Below are positions 41,301-64,000 of a stretch of DNA of 64,000 nt, in pieces. This DNA is from Podarcis filfolensis (taxonomy: Eukaryota). The position numbers and the translations under genes were made by a program. Below the pieces are notes generated by a model that saw only the letters and a program-made list of their open reading frames with translations, did no database searches and was not told where the DNA came from. The stretch lies in assembly GCA_964270895.1 (NCBI GenBank), contig OZ185437.1. One strand, 5' to 3'. Position 1 is the first letter of the stretch; the number at the start of each line of letters is the position of its first letter.

Positions 41301-42050
41301 AGTGAACAGACCCTGGCTCACTGGTACAGCTGGTCTGGGAGATGGTGTTGGCTCCTCCTGCAGGAGGAAGGAAGTTTGCATGGCTCTGCCTGTGGACTAT
41401 GGTTGGGGTCTCCATTCCAAAGGTGCTCTGTGCCCTCCAGGAGCCTCTGGTAAATTACCCTTCCATCAGAACAACTCAGGGCAATGCAAGAATACAAACT
41501 GTGTTAACACAGGTAACATAACAATGCCTGTCAGAAATAACACAGAATGCTGTAAATCTCCACATTATTCGCTGCAGTGGAAAGATGCATTTGCTGGTCA
41601 ATGAATGATTCACTTTGAAAAACAAACCACTTTGTACAAACTTCCCTTTTTCAGTATCTGCATGCAGACTAAAACCAGGGGTGAGAAAAAGTGCAATACT
41701 AATTGAGTAGTGGAATAAGAAAGGTATTACTGAATGGTAACAAGGCCTGCTTTACAGGTCACCATTTCTGTAGGGAATGCAATGCATGGAACGCCATAAA
41801 TGGGTCAAGCTTTCACCACTGCACATATTGCTACATGATCTTCTGTCTTAGGTTGAAAACTGATCCTCATTTATAATCTTTCAGAAATCAGATTATTATT
41901 ATTTTTACAGATATCAAGAATGCTTTTCTTCTGCAAAGTCCCAGGTGTCAAATGATTTGTTCTACAGAGGACCATGACAAGTTTATATGGCTTTCTGCAC
42001 TGCAAAGGGCAATTATCTGCAATATTGAAGATAATGTAAATTGTTCTTGA
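15923..42050 (+). CDS. ECT2L: Epithelial cell-transforming 2-like RhoGEF (F-box, DUF4347-like region, DH, PH), full spliced CDS, about 989 aa, 21 coding exons
   Basis: The 21 exons listed below total 2970 nt with consistent phases. Motifs [43 protein letters not shown] (F-box), [11 protein letters not shown] (DH) and [14 protein letters not shown] (PH) match ECT2L. Synteny between CCDC28A and REPS1 agrees. The start codon is the least certain part. Confidence 0.93.
16975..17120 (-). mobile_element. L2-type LINE 3' end
   Basis: Reverse of the 3' end seen at 18040-18110 (ccacccatccatctgggtttccccagccactctgggcagc). Confidence 0.7.
17174..17415 (+). mobile_element. Tc1/mariner (Tigger-like) MITE, family C
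   Basis: TIRs CAGTGGTACCTCGGGTTA / TAACCCGAGGTACCACTG; TA TSD. Confidence 0.9.
17750..18115 (+). mobile_element. L2-type LINE 3' portion
   Basis: End of ORF2 ([21 protein letters not shown]), 3' UTR and AAT-rich tail. Confidence 0.8.
18608..18720 (+). CDS. ECT2L: ECT2L coding exon 2
   Basis: cccag|[37 protein letters not shown]; AA|gtaagt. Confidence 0.95.
20272..20434 (+). CDS. ECT2L: ECT2L coding exon 3 (F-box)
   Basis: [54 protein letters not shown]; |gtaagc. Confidence 0.96.
21289..21541 (+). CDS. ECT2L: ECT2L coding exon 4
   Basis: [17 protein letters not shown]...RERLTVCK; A|gtaagt. Confidence 0.95.
22577..22698 (+). CDS. ECT2L: ECT2L coding exon 5
   Basis: tttcag|(K)[12 protein letters not shown]...[12 protein letters not shown]; |gtattt. 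Confidence 0.88.
23177..23402 (+). mobile_element. Tc1/mariner MITE, family C
   Basis: Highly similar to 17174-17415; TA TSD. Confidence 0.9.
24164..24264 (+). CDS. ECT2L: ECT2L coding exon 6
   Basis: ttttag|[33 protein letters not shown]; AC|gtaagc. Bridges phase 0 to phase 2; EILPK resembles human ETLPK. Confidence 0.78.
24787..24925 (+). CDS. ECT2L: ECT2L coding exon 7
   Basis: [13 protein letters not shown]...[14 protein letters not shown]; |gtattc. Confidence 0.92.
25225..25393 (+). CDS. ECT2L: ECT2L coding exon 8
   Basis: [26 protein letters not shown]...[11 protein letters not shown]; G|gtggga. Confidence 0.95.
26416..26541 (+). CDS. ECT2L: ECT2L coding exon 9
   Basis: [20 protein letters not shown]...[10 protein letters not shown]; G|gtcagt. 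Confidence 0.94.
27777..27869 (+). CDS. ECT2L: ECT2L coding exon 10
   Basis: [30 protein letters not shown]; A|gtaagt. Confidence 0.95.
28606..28847 (-). mobile_element. Tc1/mariner MITE, family C, inverted
   Basis: Reverse complement of 17174-17415; TA TSD. Confidence 0.9.
28905..29025. mobile_element. Degraded palindromic hAT-like MITE
   Basis: ccctccagattttgctggactcc...ggagtcttaacaacatctggacggc; related to 51126-51261. Confidence 0.55.
29214..29399 (+). CDS. ECT2L: ECT2L coding exon 11
   Basis: [26 protein letters not shown]...KNMTGKIL; G|gtaact. Confidence 0.95.
30802..30905 (+). CDS. ECT2L: ECT2L coding exon 12
   Basis: [34 protein letters not shown]; |gtaaga. Confidence 0.93.
31580..31702 (+). 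CDS. ECT2L: ECT2L coding exon 13
   Basis: ttcttag|[41 protein letters not shown]; |gtacaa; phase 0-0. Confidence 0.85.
32507..32718 (+). CDS. ECT2L: ECT2L coding exon 14 (start of DH domain)
   Basis: [40 protein letters not shown]...ILQLN; AG|gtaagt. Confidence 0.96.
32843..33984 (+). mobile_element. RTE-BovB LINE, 5'-truncated, about 1.14 kb, in an ECT2L intron
   Basis: RT motifs [24 protein letters not shown] and NLRYADDT in one frame, broken by a single TAA at 33076-33078. (caa)n tail. Perfect 10-bp TSD atttctgaaa (32833-32842 / 33985-33994). Confidence 0.97.
34407..35060 (-). mobile_element. tRNA-head/CR1-tail SINE (Squam3-like) split by a hAT insertion
   Basis: Tail at 34407-34497 and head at 35002-35060 (reads tcagttggttagggagtggtgctgagaac) rejoin once the hAT element is removed. 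Confidence 0.75.
34498..35001. mobile_element. Non-autonomous hAT element, about 500 bp
   Basis: TIRs CAGTGGTTTTCAACC / GGTTGAAAACATCTG; 8-bp TSD ccacatgg / ccatatgg. Confidence 0.85.
36250..36397 (+). CDS. ECT2L: ECT2L coding exon 15
   Basis: [23 protein letters not shown]...[17 protein letters not shown]; |gtaaga. Confidence 0.95.
37439..37512 (+). CDS. ECT2L: ECT2L coding exon 16
   Basis: [24 protein letters not shown]; AG|gtaaag. Confidence 0.95.
38059..38215 (+). CDS. ECT2L: ECT2L coding exon 17
   Basis: [30 protein letters not shown]...YLDQ; |gtttgt. Confidence 0.95.
38325..38388. repeat. (TTA)n microsatellite, likely the tail of an adjacent minus-strand L2-type 3' end (to about 38590)
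   Basis: Near-perfect att repeats followed by a reversed LINE 3' UTR. Confidence 0.85.
39082..39147 (+). CDS. ECT2L: ECT2L coding exon 18
   Basis: [22 protein letters not shown]; |gtaagt. Confidence 0.92.
39596..39684 (+). CDS. ECT2L: ECT2L coding exon 19
   Basis: [29 protein letters not shown]; AG|gtaaat. Confidence 0.94.
40365..40537 (+). CDS. ECT2L: ECT2L coding exon 20 (PH)
   Basis: [20 protein letters not shown]...[10 protein letters not shown]; T|gtgagt. Confidence 0.96.
41911..42050 (+). CDS. ECT2L: ECT2L last coding exon
   Basis: [45 protein letters not shown] then TGA. Confidence 0.94.
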
Positions 42051-44272
42051 AATTTCCCAGCTTTATTTACTACCTCACCTTCCCGCCGCTTGTAACTGTC
42101 ATGCAGCTCCGAAAAGAAAAAGGTAACTGTTCAGTGTCTACAACAGACATGGGGAAATCAGGCTGGCCAAGGGCCTCATTTGGCCAGTGAGGCTGTTTCC
42201 ATGACACTTCATGTCATGGGTGATGTCTGGTGAGGGCCAAATGGACACAAAACTGCCAACACACAATCCGGAGCCTTAATAGTGCACTCCTGATTGCACC
42301 TTGGTAAGGGAAGCTTGCCAATAGCAAGCCAGCTGGGATTGCTTGTGCTACTGAGTTCCCCCCATTGAGAATTTTGTAGATAGTAGTACATCAGTAGAAA
42401 ACAGAGCTGATAGGTGATGACTTCAAAGTTGCTGGGATCAGCTGTGTAGCTGCCCCTTGCAGAAAGTGGAGCTTGAAGTCAGCACTGATCAGATGATTGG
42501 TGGAAACTTCAAACCCTGTTTAGGCTTGAATTTTCCTCTGTAGCATGGGGGAAGCCAGAGATCCAGATGGCTAGACCTAGTTCCCTGCCCCTGTCTACAG
42601 TAAAGTACATTTGCTGTGACTTAGTATTTTTTCTTGCTGTACAGTAGATAGAAATTGTTAGTGTGTTGTTAGATGTCTATTAATGCATGTAGTTACAAAC
42701 GTTTATTCTTTCTCACTCTTTGCTTTGAGTCTCTTTCCTGCTTTGACACATACCATGAATTTTTTATTTTGTTTGACTTTTCCCTAATGTTTGATTTAGG
42801 GTGATAAATCTCCCATATACACATGAGTGGACTTCCCTTTCTACTCAGCTCCACATGCTACCAAAATCTACTCTGGAGGGGAAGGGGAGGAATCCTGTTG
42901 TGTGAGTGTTAAGTTTGTTCTGCTGGCTGGGCAAGCCAATTGGCCAACATGGTGGCCAAAGTAGTCTTAGCATTATGGTTTCTTCACAACCAAATACTCA
43001 GTGCAAAATCCTATTTGCAGGCTCATGAAAAGCAACCTAATTCAGTGTGTTAAGCCAAACTAAAAGGATTCACCCAAGTTAAAATATTGTGCTGTTTTAT
43101 TGGTGTAAAAATCACACAATTGCTAGTTCTGATTCTGCTGAGATACATCCATGCAGTTTAACATCTATGATCCCACAGCCAGAATAAGCCATTAAATAGA
43201 ATATCTGCTGTTAGTCAGCATTAATGCAAATTTACATATGAGATCAAAAGGTGTGTATTATACAATATACAACAAATCCTAATACAGTACATCAACCTGA
43301 ATAGCAGGATACACTCAGGAAACTGTGTTAATGAAGCCTGTCTGCAAGCCAGAAGAATAAGGCTTGGAGAGATGAAGCGAACCTTCTGAGGAACAAAAAT
43401 AGTTTTCAGGGGACTGGGAAAGAAGAGTTGAGGTACTGACACATTTATTGACCATAGTGTGTTACAGTAAAGTCTGTTGGATGTGCCAGTTAATAAAAGG
43501 GTAAATGTGCAAAGCATGCAACTACGGGTGGTGTTCAGGAAATGTGCATGGCAGAGAGATCAACACCCAATCCTTTCACAGAAGGTATGCACTTACGTGC
43601 ATGCTGAAAAATGACAGTCATGAATGGAAACATTGAAACAAATGTCAAGCTGTGGCCACATACAAAGTACATAAAGAGGAAAAGACAACCAAATGCATTT
43701 GGTATGGCAAGGTAGTATGAAAACAAAAAAAAGGAAATTTGTGGCACTTGGAAGGCGCAAGATGAATCAAAATGGCTGCCTGAAATTTCAGATGGGTTGC
43801 AAAGTGTGACTCGGGAAAGAAAAAACTGATGACCACAGCTGGTTAACCTTCTCTTACACAATCAAAAGAAAGGTGTGTAAAAGCATGTGCTTCTGTGTTT
43901 AAAAAGTAGATATCTGGGATGTTTTTTAGTCATGATCTTTGACATGAAATATAGAAAATTCATAAGGTAATCAAGTTCAGTTTGGGATCTAGGCCACTGA
44001 AGCTGTACAAACTTCGCTCCAAATTAAAAATGTGCCCTCCCAACAAAATGGGAAGGTTGGCAGTGCCAATATATAGAACATTCAAGGAAACAATTATTCC
44101 ATTCTTTGTATTAAAATTATAAAAGTTACTTAAATACAACTGTGGACAGAGGACAAAACAATCACAAAAAAATGTTAAGAGTGCACTGAGCTGAACATAT
44201 GGGTCTTTAATTAGGCCTTTTACCCAATTTCCCCTTTCAGAGTTAATTAATTCACAGTTAATGGCAATTGGC

Positions 44273-62797
<18,525 letters not shown>

Positions 62798-64000
62798 CTG
62801 AAAACCAAAACAGTTCAATTTCAAGACTGCCACACAGTCTATTCAAGAAAAGTCATAACCAGGTACCATGGGACAAATTCTGTGAGATCACATGATTCTA
62901 GATTCAATGCAGTGCCACATTTCAAAATGTTCCTAAAACTGAGGGATGCTAATGTGAGTGGGGTGCTATTCCTAGGAAAATGGGACAGAAGCAGTACCCG
63001 GAAAGCTGTCTGTGGACAAATGCTGGCTCCCTCAGCCTGAAGTGAGATGAGCGCCACGCCCCCATAGTAGCCTTTGGCTGAACTTAACCATCCTGTGGTT
63101 GCTTTTACCTTTACCTAGGAAAACAAATTCCGCAGCCCAGAACAAGGTCCACGCAGGAAGCTATGCATCCCTTTGGTCCCTGGTCTATAATTTAATTCTG
63201 ACAATGAGGCCAAACGAGGGCTTGGTAAACTGCGAAATGAATCAGGCATAAATGCTCCCATTACCCTTCTTACTCCCTGGTTTATGGTAACCCATTGAAG
63301 TTGCAACTTAATTAGGTAAATTACGGTTATCACAAAGCAAAGTTTATCTCCAAAGAAGGATTGGAAACCCAGTTCAAATGACAGTTTTCTTTTCACTCAG
63401 TAAACAAACTACTCCATGTGATAAACTTGTTTGCCTGATCTGAATGCAACAAACTGGCCATCACACTACGATGCAAGGAATTTGATACAAGCATTTGAGG
63501 AATGAGCAACTGAGCAAAAGGCATGGTTCTAATGGTCAAACCATGGTGTGGCTATGATGCCCTGTAACAGACCAATATCTACAGGATATCACAGAAAATT
63601 TTTATATAACAAATATCATATACCGCTTATGCAATAAAAGACCTCTAAAGTGGATTTTCACAATTCTAGATTGGAGCTGGAACCTGACTATGGTCTGCCT
63701 CTTGTTCTATGCTGCATTGTTGCCTGCTCCTTAATTCAGGAGGCCACTACCACACTAAAAGAGCACTGCACTTTGGAATTCTTGTGCGCTTCCCAGAAAA
63801 GGATGACAAATACTAACTGTAGTATATCAAAAAATCAGGAACTTAAATCTCTGTGTATCACAAGTAAAAGTTTAGCATTCTCATGAATATACTTAGCAGG
63901 ACTATACACAGAGCACCAAAAGTATTTTAATGGGGGAAAGGCTTTGAAAAGCAGAATTCTACTAGATTAATACCTTACAGATTACTATTATTTTGCTAGG

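Overview
Eukaryotic, intron-rich squamate DNA, most likely a lacertid lizard (Sauria SINE, BovB and lizard-type MITEs). It carries the vertebrate syntenic block CCDC28A (+) - ECT2L (+) - REPS1 (-). I rebuilt all three gene models by hand, with consistent splice phases. CCDC28A is complete (184 aa, 5 coding exons, last intron U12-type). ECT2L is complete (about 989 aa, 21 coding exons; F-box, DUF4347-like region, DH and PH domains). REPS1 is present as its last 15 coding exons (560 aa; one GC-AG intron and one NAGNAG acceptor); its 5' part lies beyond the window end. A CpG-rich promoter with ZNF143-type motifs precedes CCDC28A, and candidate divergent minus-strand exons lie upstream of it. Introns hold many transposon relics, some nested. 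There is one 172-N gap. No wholly new system is demonstrated. The best leads are a Dpy-30-like dimerisation motif in ECT2L, a possible alternative C-terminus from retention of the U12 intron, and the divergent exons. Human comparisons are from memory, not from a computed alignment.
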